From assembly GCA_965199495.1 (NCBI GenBank), contig CBDASK010000003.1, positions 2,240,001-2,304,000 of the forward strand: a stretch of DNA of 64,000 nt. Direction: 5' to 3'. The notes below the pieces were generated by a model. That model searched no databases, was not told the origin of the DNA, and worked only from the letters and a program-made list of their open reading frames with translations. Below, one piece after another: positions 39,330-48,314 of this stretch; positions within the stretch are counted from its first letter, which is position 1, and each line of letters begins with the position of its first letter. Both the position numbers and the translations under genes were made by a program. The stretch is from Abditibacterium sp. Lineage in GTDB: Bacteria > Armatimonadota > Abditibacteriia > Abditibacteriales > Abditibacteriaceae.

Positions 39330-40367
39330 ATGCAAACCGCGCCATTCGATTTAAACGCCGATGAAACCCTGGTGCCCGCCGCCGAGCGCGTGCTGGTGGC
39401 TGTATCGAGCGGCGCCGATTCGATGGCGCTGTTGTGTTGGCTCCACGAATTGAAACGAGATTTCGTCGTCGGGCATATCAATCATGCGTTGCACGAGTTG
39501 CGGCCCGGCGAGTGCCGCGCCGACGAGGATTTCGTGCGCGCCCGTTGCGACGAATTGGGCGTGCCATTTCGCGCCGTGACAGTTGATTTGCCGCGTAAAA
39601 ACGGGCACGTCAACGAGAGCGTGGCACGCGAGGCGCGTTATCTGGCGCTCGCGCAAATGGCACGCAATAACGGTTGCTCGCGAGTAGCCACGGCGCACAC
39701 GGCGACCGATGGTTTGGAAACCGCGTTGCTCAATTTGATGCGCGGCGGCGGGCCGCAGGGCTGGCTGGGCGCGCCGCCATCGCGCGTTTTAGAAAGCGAA
39801 ATTATGTTGGTGCGTCCCTTATATAAAGAGACGCGCGCACGCGCGCGCGAATTTTTGCGCGCGCGCAATTGGAGTTGGCGCGAAGACGCGTCCAATCGCG
39901 AACCGGTTTTCGCGCGCAATCGCGTGCGCGCCGAAGTTTTGCCGCTATTATGCGATATTTCGGGCCGCGATTTGGACGCGCTGGCCAACGGCCACGCGCG
40001 CGGCGCGCACATCGCGCGCGACGAATCGAATTTGTTGGAACAGTTGGCGCAACGGGAACTCGCGAAATTGATAATCGAAACCCGCGCGGATTTCGTCGCG
40101 CTTGATGCGCCGTCGTTTTGCGAACTCGATGTCGCGTTGCAGCGCCGCGTTTTGCGCGGTGCGGCGCGCCAAATCGCGCCCGAATTGCGCGATTTGAGCG
40201 CCGATAAGGTCGAAACTGTGCGTTTAAGTGTGATTGGAAATCGAGCGCGTGCGGTGTGGAGTTGGCCGCAAAACGTGCGCGTCGAGTGGACGGGAACAAA
40301 GCGCGGCAATCGCATTCGGTTGTGGCGCGCGGCAAACGCCACGATTTCCGGCACTTGCGCGGATTAG
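39330..40367 (+). CDS. tilS: tRNA(Ile)-lysidine synthetase
   Basis: AVSSGADS PP-loop, AREARY, TAHT, RPL, EDASN, RNRVR; upstream of ftsH. Confidence 0.9.
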   Translation: MQTAPFDLNADETLVPAAERVLVAVSSGADSMALLCWLHELKRDFVVGHINHALHELRPGECRADEDFVRARCDELGVPFRAVTVDLPRKNGHVNESVAREARYLALAQMARNNGCSRVATAHTATDGLETALLNLMRGGGPQGWLGAPPSRVLESEIMLVRPLYKETRARAREFLRARNWSWREDASNREPVFARNRVRAEVLPLLCDISGRDLDALANGHARGAHIARDESNLLEQLAQRELAKLIIETRADFVALDAPSFCELDVALQRRVLRGAARQIAPELRDLSADKVETVRLSVIGNRARAVWSWPQNVRVEWTGTKRGNRIRLWRAANATISGTCAD

Positions 40368-40591
40368 AGACGTCTAAGTTGAGCTTGCAACCAAAGCATC
40401 GCGTTTGTGGCGCTTCGGTTGGCGAAGTTACGGCACTGCAAAAGTGCCATAGAGAAAAAGCGTGGCCAAAGCGTCAATTTTCCGGTTGGAAATGGCGCTT
40501 GAACAAAGCTGGCACGTCTATACTTGGTGAGTTGCGCAAAGGTTGCCTCAAGTGTGGGGCAAATGCGCGAAACGTTTTCAGGAGGCGTTTT

Positions 40592-42541
40592 TTGGGAGCA
40601 CAAAGATTATTCCGTTCTATGCTGGCGCTGTTCGCGCTGTTGCTCGTCGCCAGCATCGTATTTAACCGTTCACTGGGGCAAAACCCGGTCAAAGAAATGG
40701 TCGCCAGCACTTTGCAGTCGAAGTTGTTAAAAGGCGAAGTCAAATCGGTTTCCATTACCGAAAACACGGCTGACGTCATGCTAAACAATGGCGACACCAA
40801 ATACACGGTTACCCTGCCAGCAGGTTGGACGCAGACAGACGAATTCAACGCGGCCCTCTACAAAAAGGATAACAAGGGCAATGCTTTAGCCGAAGTTAAA
40901 ATCGAGAAATCTCCCTTTAGCGGCCCACTCTTTAGCGTTCTGGGCTTGCTATTGCCGCTGATTTTGTTTGGCGCGTTCTGGATTTTCATCATGCGCCAAT
41001 CGCAGTCGGGCGCGGGTCAAGCGATGTCGTTCGGCAAGAGCAAAGCCAAGCGTTTGACCGATTCGTCGCAGAAAGTCACTTTCGCCGATGTCGCGGGTGT
41101 TGACGAGGCCAAACAGGAATTGCAAGAAGTCATTGACTTTTTGAAAAACCCCGAAAAGTTTCAGGCGTTGGGCGCCAAAATCCCGCGCGGCGTGTTGTTG
41201 TTGGGCAATCCCGGAACCGGCAAAACGCTCCTCGCGCGCGCCGTGGCTGGTGAAGCGGGCGTGCCGTTTTTCCACATTTCGGGTTCGGATTTCGTCGAGA
41301 TGTTCGTTGGCGTTGGCGCCAGCCGCGTGCGCGATTTGTTCGATCAGGCCAAGGCTCATCGTCCAGCCATCGTCTTCATTGACGAAATTGACGCTGTCGG
41401 TCGTCATCGCGGCGCCGGTATGGGTGGCGGTCACGACGAGCGCGAGCAGACGTTGAACCAATTGCTGGTCGAAATGGACGGCTTCGATCCGAATTCCGGC
41501 GTTATCTTGATGGCGGCGACCAACCGTCCCGACGTTTTGGATCCGGCTTTAACGCGTCCCGGTCGTTTCGACCGTCAGATCATCGTGGACAATCCCGACT
41601 CGAAAGGCCGTCTGGCGATTTTGGGCGTTCATGCTAAAGGCAAACCGATTGCTTCGGGCGTGGATTTGGATGTTATTTCGCGTCGCACCGCCGGTTTTTC
41701 GGGCGCGGATTTGGCCAACTTGGTCAACGAAGCGGCTTTGCTGGCGGCGCGGCGCAACAAGCAGCAGATCGGCGAGCCGGAATTTGAGGAAAGCATCGAG
41801 CGCGTGATTTCCGGGCCGGAACGTAAAAGTCGCATCATTCAGGAACGCGAGAAAACCGTCATCGCCTACCACGAAGTCGGACACGCGCTGTTGGGCAAAC
41901 TGTTGCCGAACATCGAGTCGCCGCACAAAATCACGATTTTGCCGCGCGGCATGGCCTTGGGTTATGTGTTGACTTTGCCTTCGGAAGACCAGTTCCTGCA
42001 ATCGAAATCGCAGATGCTCGATCACATGACGAGCGCTCTGGGCGGACGCGCCGCCGAGCAAGTCGTCTTCAATGAGACTTGGACGGGCGCGCAGAACGAT
42101 TTGGAAAAAGTCACCGATATGGCGCGTCGCATGATTTGCGAGTTCGGCATGAGCGAGCGACTGGGACTTGTCCAACTGGGCAAGCGCAGCGGCCCGGTCT
42201 TTTTGGGGCGCGACTACAACGAGGAGCGTAACTATTCCGAGGAAGTCGCCGCTAAAATTGACGCCGAAGTGCGAGCCGTTGTGGATAGTTGTTTCGAGAA
42301 AGCCACCGAAATGTTGACCGAAAATCGCGCCGTCATGGATCGCATCGTCAACGTTTTGTTGGAAAAAGAAACGCTGTCGGCGGAAGAGTTGGACAGAATC
42401 ATGAACGGCGAACCCGAACCGCCCGAACTGACGCCAACCCAGCCACCGGCACCGCCAACTCCGGCCTCAGAAGTGACAATTGAAAAAGCGCCGCCGCGCA
42501 CCAATCCCGGCGGATTGACGCCCGGTTTGGCCGGAGCGTAG
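40592..42541 (+). CDS. ftsH: ATP-dependent Zn metalloprotease FtsH
   Basis: [31 protein letters not shown] before TTG 40592. Confidence 0.96.
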   Translation: MGAQRLFRSMLALFALLLVASIVFNRSLGQNPVKEMVASTLQSKLLKGEVKSVSITENTADVMLNNGDTKYTVTLPAGWTQTDEFNAALYKKDNKGNALAEVKIEKSPFSGPLFSVLGLLLPLILFGAFWIFIMRQSQSGAGQAMSFGKSKAKRLTDSSQKVTFADVAGVDEAKQELQEVIDFLKNPEKFQALGAKIPRGVLLLGNPGTGKTLLARAVAGEAGVPFFHISGSDFVEMFVGVGASRVRDLFDQAKAHRPAIVFIDEIDAVGRHRGAGMGGGHDEREQTLNQLLVEMDGFDPNSGVILMAATNRPDVLDPALTRPGRFDRQIIVDNPDSKGRLAILGVHAKGKPIASGVDLDVISRRTAGFSGADLANLVNEAALLAARRNKQQIGEPEFEESIERVISGPERKSRIIQEREKTVIAYHEVGHALLGKLLPNIESPHKITILPRGMALGYVLTLPSEDQFLQSKSQMLDHMTSALGGRAAEQVVFNETWTGAQNDLEKVTDMARRMICEFGMSERLGLVQLGKRSGPVFLGRDYNEERNYSEEVAAKIDAEVRAVVDSCFEKATEMLTENRAVMDRIVNVLLEKETLSAEELDRIMNGEPEPPELTPTQPPAPPTPASEVTIEKAPPRTNPGGLTPGLAGA

Positions 42542-42554
42542 AATGGGTTGAAAC

Positions 42555-42591
42555 AAAAACGGACGCTTTCCACCGAAAGCGTCCGTTTTTT
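42555..42591. terminator. Bidirectional terminator
   Basis: AAAAACGGACGCTTTC-CACC-GAAAGCGTCCGTTTTTT. Confidence 0.85.
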
Positions 42592-42593
42592 GT

Positions 42594-43568
42594 TTATGTG
42601 GGCAACAATTCGTTCAATTGTTTGGGTGCGTTGATTTGCAACCAGTCGCGTAATTGTGAGCGGGCTTCGATTTTTTCGTGTGCAGTTGGCGTTCCAATGA
42701 ATACTTTCTCGAAGGGCAAGTGATAATCGGATTGCGACTCCGTATAAGGCTGAAGGTGCCGCAAATTTGTCGGTTGGAATTGACAGGCCAAAAGCGCGCT
42801 CCACTGCCCAATCCATCGCTGGGCAACAGGAGAAAGCGGAAGGTAATTTGATGCTCGCGGGTCGGCGTTTTCAAACCAGTTGCTCTGCCAATCTTCGTAA
42901 TAACATTGAATCCGCACTTTGTCTGTTTGCTGCCAAATTTCGGTCAGACTCCAGACAATCCACGTCATTATTTCTTCTAACTCACCACGTTTTGCGATTT
43001 CGGTTTCCCATATTTCGTTGCGCTTGTTGAGAGTAGAACGTAACCACTGCCACGCGAAGTTGGCGAAACTGCCCATCGTTTGAATATGCGTCATTATGTC
43101 GTCGAATTCCGATTGATTGCGATCAACGTCCGCTTGAAAATGGATAAGATTTTGGAGATGACTATCGGTCAACGCGTAATCGGTTGGATAAGAATTAAAC
43201 GGATGCAAGCTCCGATTAAGCGCCATAATAGCGTGTCCGTTTTGTGATCCCGGTATTATATGAACCGAAGCGAATTTCCACGAGTTATCGCGGGCAAAAT
43301 GTCCGGCGATGGCGCGTAATTTCTGCGGCGTCGGTTTGCCTTTCCAAATCTGCGGCACGCCGTTTCGCAATACGAGCGCATTGCGTCCGTCCCAACGCGC
43401 GTAAATCACGAATTCGCCCGCGCGCAAACGCACCAGTCGCAGCGTAATCACTTTGCCGCTTTGAACCAATCGCCCGTCAGCGGGCGCGCATAAAGGCGCC
43501 GTGCAAACCGGCGGCAACTCGGACGATTTGAGTTTCAAATCAACTGGCGGCGACGAAGTATAAGGCAT
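42594..43568 (-). CDS. Hypothetical protein
   Basis: Long open frame starting 2 bp after the macro-domain gene stop; no recognised family. Confidence 0.65.
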   Translation of the reverse strand: MPYTSSPPVDLKLKSSELPPVCTAPLCAPADGRLVQSGKVITLRLVRLRAGEFVIYARWDGRNALVLRNGVPQIWKGKPTPQKLRAIAGHFARDNSWKFASVHIIPGSQNGHAIMALNRSLHPFNSYPTDYALTDSHLQNLIHFQADVDRNQSEFDDIMTHIQTMGSFANFAWQWLRSTLNKRNEIWETEIAKRGELEEIMTWIVWSLTEIWQQTDKVRIQCYYEDWQSNWFENADPRASNYLPLSPVAQRWIGQWSALLACQFQPTNLRHLQPYTESQSDYHLPFEKVFIGTPTAHEKIEARSQLRDWLQINAPKQLNELLPT

Positions 43569-43570
43569 TA

Positions 43571-44053
43571 TTATTCCCAGTCGTAAACCCAGACTTCGAC
43601 ATCGCGCTCGCACAATTGCGCCGTAATCAACGACTCGATTCTATCCCACGTGCCGCCCGCCAAACCGCAACCGATGCGCGGCATATGAACGCTCGCGCCC
43701 AGTTCGAGCGCTTTAGCAGCCACGGCGGCCAGGCACTTTTCGATGGCATCGTAACGCACGGGTTGCGGCCCTCTGTCGCCTTTGCGGCGAATACCGTGTT
43801 GGCCGACCATATTGGCGACCCAAATCTCCGGTTCACATTGCACAAATTGAGTGGCGCCCAGACCGAAATCGTTGGTTTCGCGCGCTTTGGCCCACGCGCG
43901 AAATTCGCGTTCTGGCAGTTCCCAACGCCGCGAAAGCGCAATGACAAAGCCTTTGCCCCATCCGCCTTCATCATTGCTGACGTGAGCAATAATTTTGATG
44001 CCTTTGGCTTGCGGCGAAGTCGCGTCGCCCTGAATATAATGAATTGGTGTCAT
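43571..44053 (-). CDS. Macro-domain protein (Poa1/Appr-1-p processing type)
   Basis: GDAT, AHVSND.GGWGKGF, MPRIGCGLAGG.W. Confidence 0.9.
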   Translation of the reverse strand: MTPIHYIQGDATSPQAKGIKIIAHVSNDEGGWGKGFVIALSRRWELPEREFRAWAKARETNDFGLGATQFVQCEPEIWVANMVGQHGIRRKGDRGPQPVRYDAIEKCLAAVAAKALELGASVHMPRIGCGLAGGTWDRIESLITAQLCERDVEVWVYDWE

Positions 44054-44083
44054 AGCGCGTCAGTATCGCTCAAACTATCACCA

Positions 44084-44662
44084 ATGCCCATTGACCCTAA
44101 TATTATTCAAAGCCCGACGCGCGCCCGCGATTATTTTGTGCGCCACGAACACGGCGACGACCGCATCGCGCTCGAAGAAGCGCAACGCGCGCCGCGCGTG
44201 CCGATTACCGTGATTCTCGACCAGTTGCGCTCGGCGCACAATGTTGGTTCGGCGTTTCGCACTGGCGATGGCGTCAATATCGCCGAACTGTTTCTGGTCG
44301 GTATCACGCCGCAGCCACCGCACCGGCATCTGGCCAAAACCGCGCTGGGTTCGGTGGATTCCGTTCCGTGGCGCCATTTTAAAACGGTCGAAGAGGCGAT
44401 TGGGGCCGCGCGCGACGCGGGCAATCAAGTTTTGGCTTTGGAAAAAACCGAAAGCAGCACCAGTTTGTGGGACGCCGAATTAAAGTTTCCGCTTTGTCTG
44501 GTCGCGGGCAATGAAGCCGAAGGTTTGAGTGAGGAAACGATGGCGCTGTGCGATGGCACAGTTCATTTGCCGATGTTGGGGCATAAAAACTCCCTCAACG
44601 TCAGCGTCGCGTTTGGCGCGGCGATTTATGAAGTTTTGCGGCGCTATTTATTGACGGTTTGA
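44084..44662 (+). CDS. TrmH/SpoU RNA 2'-O-methyltransferase
   Basis: RSAHNVGSAFRT, GNEAEG, LPMLG.KNSLNVSVA. Confidence 0.9.
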   Translation: MPIDPNIIQSPTRARDYFVRHEHGDDRIALEEAQRAPRVPITVILDQLRSAHNVGSAFRTGDGVNIAELFLVGITPQPPHRHLAKTALGSVDSVPWRHFKTVEEAIGAARDAGNQVLALEKTESSTSLWDAELKFPLCLVAGNEAEGLSEETMALCDGTVHLPMLGHKNSLNVSVAFGAAIYEVLRRYLLTV

Positions 44663-44700
44663 GTCGCGCAGAAATTTTGCGCGCGATAAAATTAAATGGT

Positions 44701-45273
44701 ATGAACGCTACTTTACCTGCCACACCCAAACGCATTGAGTTGATGCGCGCGCGCGCCGAATCGTCGCTCCAACAGCAAAATTGGAATGATTGCATCGCAG
44801 ATTGTCGTTTGTTGCTCCAACTCGATCCGCGCCATCATTTCGCGCAGGAAACCTTAGCCACGGCGCTCTTACAAATCGGCGAGACTGCCGCCGCCGTGGC
44901 TGCTGTGCGGCGCTTACTCGAAATTTCGCCGCGCGACCCGATGCACCGCTTGCGCTACGCCACGATGCTCCAAATGCAAGACCACTTCGGCCTCGCCGCG
45001 CGCGAGTTCGAGCGCATCACGCTAATGTATCCCGATTCGCCGTTCACGCCTGATGCACTCGAAGCCATCGAAAATTTAGATCGGATGCAGACCTCGCAAA
45101 TCCTGATGATGGCCGCCGAACACGACGAATTTCGCTGGCGCCTCGAACGCAATTTAACCGATTTACTCGATGAACAAGGTTTTTATCTGTCGGAAAACGC
45201 CGCCGAATCGTTGCGCCAGATGATTCCCAATTCGGAAATGGAAGTCGAAGCGCGGGCGCCGAAAGTGCATTGA
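44701..45273 (+). CDS. Tetratricopeptide repeat protein
   Basis: Helical repeats with LxLDP, LEISPRD, YPDS patterns. Confidence 0.75.
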   Translation: MNATLPATPKRIELMRARAESSLQQQNWNDCIADCRLLLQLDPRHHFAQETLATALLQIGETAAAVAAVRRLLEISPRDPMHRLRYATMLQMQDHFGLAAREFERITLMYPDSPFTPDALEAIENLDRMQTSQILMMAAEHDEFRWRLERNLTDLLDEQGFYLSENAAESLRQMIPNSEMEVEARAPKVH

Positions 45274-45292
45274 GAATTGGGCGCCAGACGAC

Positions 45293-45333
45293 AAAAAGAG
45301 CTTGCGAGAACCAGAATTCTCGCAAGCTCTTTT
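45293..45333. terminator. Bidirectional terminator between the TPR gene and tRNA
   Basis: AAAAAGAGCTTGCGAGAA-CCAGAA-TTCTCGCAAGCTCTTTT. Confidence 0.85.
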
Positions 45334-45344
45334 AATTGTGATAG

Positions 45345-45419
45345 TCGGGATGGCCGGATTTGAACCGACGACTTCGTCGTCCCGAACGACGCACTCTGAC
45401 CAAGCTGAGCTACATCCCG
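45345..45419 (-). tRNA. tRNA-Pro (CGG); CCA not encoded
   Basis: CGGGATGTAGCTCAGCTTGGTCAGAGTGCGTCGTTCGGGACGACGAAGTCGTCGGTTCAAATCCGGCCATCCCGA; acceptor stem, anticodon loop TTCGGGA, GGTTCAAATC T-arm. Confidence 0.96.
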
Positions 45420-45433
45420 ATTTCTATTTCGCG

Positions 45434-46243
45434 CTATAATTTTGTAATATTACACGCTTTTGCCTTGCTCTTGCGAACTGTCAGCGACTTTTGAATATAC
45501 GTCCTTTCTTTGGTCATGTCAAGTTCTATCGCCAATTTTTTTACCAGTGCCGTGCGCGTCAGCCGTGCATCGTAGCCGACTTGGCGAAATGGATAACCCA
45601 AATGATGAGTCGCGCGCAGAAAGCTTTCCATAATGGCAGCGTTTTTGGCGCAAAACAAACAGCGACTGCACCAACCGCCGTTGCGATATTCGTGATAGAT
45701 ATTGCCATCGGTTTCGATGAGGCCACGCACCCAGAAACGCAAGTAGCTGTCTTGTTCCCAAATCCATGCGGGAATCGGATAATTCTGCGCTTTGGCGCCA
45801 GTGGGTAAATTCAAGATTTCTGGGAGTGCCTTTGAATTGACCCGAACTTCGGCGTAAGTCTCGTGCCAGCGAACTATGGCTTTTCGCCCTAAGAGTTCGA
45901 GAATCAATCCACTGTAAGTCTCAATAAGTTCGGGGTAGCGAATATCGCAAGAAATGGAGAGCTGAACCGTGCGCGGCCCTTGATATAAACAGCCATCGCC
46001 GCAAATCACGCCAATCAGGTAAGCCAACTTGTCCGATGGCGGCAATGGAGTTCCGTCCAACTGTTCTTCGCGCCGATACACCCGTTTGGTTTTCGGCACC
46101 TTCAACGCGATACCTTTGCAATGATGGCGCACCGTCGAAGCCGAAACGCCCAAAGTTTGCGCGATCAAATTCAAGCTCTGGCCCTGCCGCCGCAAGTCGC
46201 GGCATAAATCGGGAAGTTCGGGCGAATCAAGTCGGTGGGCCAT
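45434..46243 (-). CDS. Free-standing HTH + double-motif LAGLIDADG endonuclease-like protein
   Basis: GQSLNLIAQTLGVSASTVRHH HTH; LAYLIGVICGDG and WVRGLIETDG helices. Confidence 0.82.
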   Translation of the reverse strand: MAHRLDSPELPDLCRDLRRQGQSLNLIAQTLGVSASTVRHHCKGIALKVPKTKRVYRREEQLDGTPLPPSDKLAYLIGVICGDGCLYQGPRTVQLSISCDIRYPELIETYSGLILELLGRKAIVRWHETYAEVRVNSKALPEILNLPTGAKAQNYPIPAWIWEQDSYLRFWVRGLIETDGNIYHEYRNGGWCSRCLFCAKNAAIMESFLRATHHLGYPFRQVGYDARLTRTALVKKLAIELDMTKERTYIQKSLTVRKSKAKACNITKL

Positions 46244-46298
46244 TTCTCAACTTTAACACAGACCAAACCTGCGCGCCGAATTGCTAAACTTTGGCTTT

Positions 46299-47579
46299 AT
46301 GTCGAACGCGCCGTTTCCCAAAGTTGATGATTCGCAGGTCATCGAAGATTTTTGCACCTATGTCAATCCCGCGCTCGCGCAGGTTTTGCAATTTATCGGC
46401 TTCACTTCTACCGAAGCCAGTGCCCGTGGCTGCATCGTCACCGACAGTCAGGGCCGCGAATATCTCGATTGCATCGGCGGTTATGGCACGATGAGTCTGG
46501 GCCATTCGCACCCGAAAATTATTCAGGCCGCCAAGGCTCAACTCGATGCGATGGCGTTTTCCAGTCGCGTTTTGTTCAACGCGCCGCAAGCGGCGCTCGC
46601 CAAGAAATTGGCCCAGATTACGCCGGGCGATTTGCAATATAGTTTCATTTGTAATAGCGGAACCGAAGCCGCCGAAGCCGCGATTAAATTCGCGCGCATT
46701 TCGACGGGACGCAAAAATTTGGTTTCGGCTAAAGGCGCTTATCACGGCAAAACGATGGGCGCTTTGAGCGTTTCGGGCCGCGACAAATATAAAACGCCGT
46801 TTGGGCCTTTGGTCACCGATGTTCAAACCGTGCCGTTCAACGACATCGAAGCGATGCGCGAAGCCGTAACCGAGGAAACCGCCGCGTTTTTGATCGAGCC
46901 GATTCAGGGCGAAGGCGGCATTAATGTCGCCTCAACCGAATATCTGCGCGCCGCGCGCGCACGCTGCGATGAAGTCGGCGCGTTGCTCGTCATGGACGAA
47001 GTGCAGACGGGTTTGGGACGAACCGGCAAAATGTGGGGCTGCGATTGGGCCTTTGAAAATACCGACATGGCGCCCGACATGATGCTGCTCGCCAAAGCGT
47101 TGAGCGGTGGCGCGATTCCCGTTGGTGCCGTTGTCGCCACGCCCAAAATTTGGGAATTCTGGAACAGTTCACCCTTAATTCATTCTTCGACGTTCGGCGG
47201 CAATCCGCTCGCGTGCGCGGTTGGACTGCGCACATTGGAAGTTATCGAGGAAGAGAACTTGGTCGAGCGAGCAGCCACGGCGGGCGACAAGATGTTCGCG
47301 GCATTGCGGCAAACGCAGGCGAAATTCCCCGATTTAGTCGTAGATGTTCGCGGGCGCGGCCTGATGATTGGCGTCGAATTTCCCGAAGAAGACATCACCA
47401 GTCTGGTTTTGGCGGGCCTCGCCCAACGCGATGTGTTGGTTGTGCCTTACACTTTCAACAACCCAACCGTGACGCGTTTCGAGCCGCCTTTAAATATCAG
47501 CGACGAACAAATCGAATGGGCGACCAAAGCCTTCGACGAAGCCGTAACTTCAACCGCCGAACTGTTGTCCGAGCTGTAA
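46299..47579 (+). CDS. Class III PLP aminotransferase (putrescine/ornithine aminotransferase-like)
   Basis: NSGTEA, YHGKT, EPIQGEGG, DEVQTGLGRTG, AKALSGG, STFGGNP. Confidence 0.92.
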   Translation: MSNAPFPKVDDSQVIEDFCTYVNPALAQVLQFIGFTSTEASARGCIVTDSQGREYLDCIGGYGTMSLGHSHPKIIQAAKAQLDAMAFSSRVLFNAPQAALAKKLAQITPGDLQYSFICNSGTEAAEAAIKFARISTGRKNLVSAKGAYHGKTMGALSVSGRDKYKTPFGPLVTDVQTVPFNDIEAMREAVTEETAAFLIEPIQGEGGINVASTEYLRAARARCDEVGALLVMDEVQTGLGRTGKMWGCDWAFENTDMAPDMMLLAKALSGGAIPVGAVVATPKIWEFWNSSPLIHSSTFGGNPLACAVGLRTLEVIEEENLVERAATAGDKMFAALRQTQAKFPDLVVDVRGRGLMIGVEFPEEDITSLVLAGLAQRDVLVVPYTFNNPTVTRFEPPLNISDEQIEWATKAFDEAVTSTAELLSEL

Positions 47580-47586
47580 ATTTCCC

Positions 47587-47675
47587 GTAGAGACGCCGAT
47601 TTATCGCGTCTAAAACGTTCGATTTGCCGTTGAGTTAAAGCAACTCTGACGTTTTAGACGCGATAAATCGGCGTC
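47587..47675. repeat. GTAG-type REP doublet (REPIN-like)
   Basis: GTAGAGACGCCGATTTATCGCGTCT...; 27-bp perfect IR 47592-47618 / 47649-47675. Confidence 0.8.
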
Positions 47676-47690
47676 ACCCAAATTCCCAAA

Positions 47691-48155
47691 ATGCCTCAAG
47701 TCACCAAAAAAGTTTCCGTCCGCGCGCCGTTTGATTCCGTGTGGGAAATCGCGCAAAATGTCGAAGAGTTTCCCAACATTATGCCCGAACTCGATAAAGT
47801 CGAAGTGTTGGAAAAATCGCAAACTTCGCCCAACACCACGCGCACTGTCACGCAGTGGACAGCGCGCATTCCGCAGTTTGGCCGCACCATCGAATGGACG
47901 GAAGAAGACATCTGGAATCGCGAAGAAGGCAACTGTCATTTCTGGCAGATTAAAGGCGATTTTACCGAATATAAAGGCATCTGGAAATTTCGCAAAGTCG
48001 GCGACGAAACCGAAGTTGACCTTTCGATTGATTACGCGTTCGAGATTCCGCTCGTGGGCGCGTTGATGAAAAAAGTCATGCAAAAACTGATGCAGGGCAA
48101 CGCCGATATGATGGCCGACGCTTTGAAGAAGGAAGCGGAAAAACGGGCGAGTTAA
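47691..48155 (+). CDS. SRPBCC/START (polyketide cyclase-like) protein
   Basis: V...V.AP...VW...NVEEFP.IMP; W.E.D.W; GDF..Y.G.W. Confidence 0.85.
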   Translation: MPQVTKKVSVRAPFDSVWEIAQNVEEFPNIMPELDKVEVLEKSQTSPNTTRTVTQWTARIPQFGRTIEWTEEDIWNREEGNCHFWQIKGDFTEYKGIWKFRKVGDETEVDLSIDYAFEIPLVGALMKKVMQKLMQGNADMMADALKKEAEKRAS

Positions 48156-48163
48156 ACGTTTAT

Positions 48164-48308
48164 TTTTTGGCCCCCAGAAGGCACAGAGAACACACAGAGA
48201 GAACGAAGAAAATCAAACAACGAAGCACAGGTGATATTGAGAAGTTCTTTTGATTTATAATTTTCTTCGTTCTTTCTGTGTGTTCTCTGTGCCTTCTGGG
48301 GCTAAAAA
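48164..48308. repeat. Intergenic inverted-repeat element (CACAGAG family)
   Basis: About 42-bp IR with one mismatch, CCCCAGAAGGCACAGAGAACACACAGA... Confidence 0.85.
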
Positions 48309-48314
48309 CTTATC

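Noticed and set aside
40256..40591. Extended FtsH N-terminus (similarly 9739, 20211, 37343, 43616 upstream starts)
   Set aside because: Downstream starts with RBS or family-typical N-termini fit better
45345..45419. tRNA as integration site of a genomic island
   Set aside because: No integrase and no duplicated tRNA 3' end found in the window
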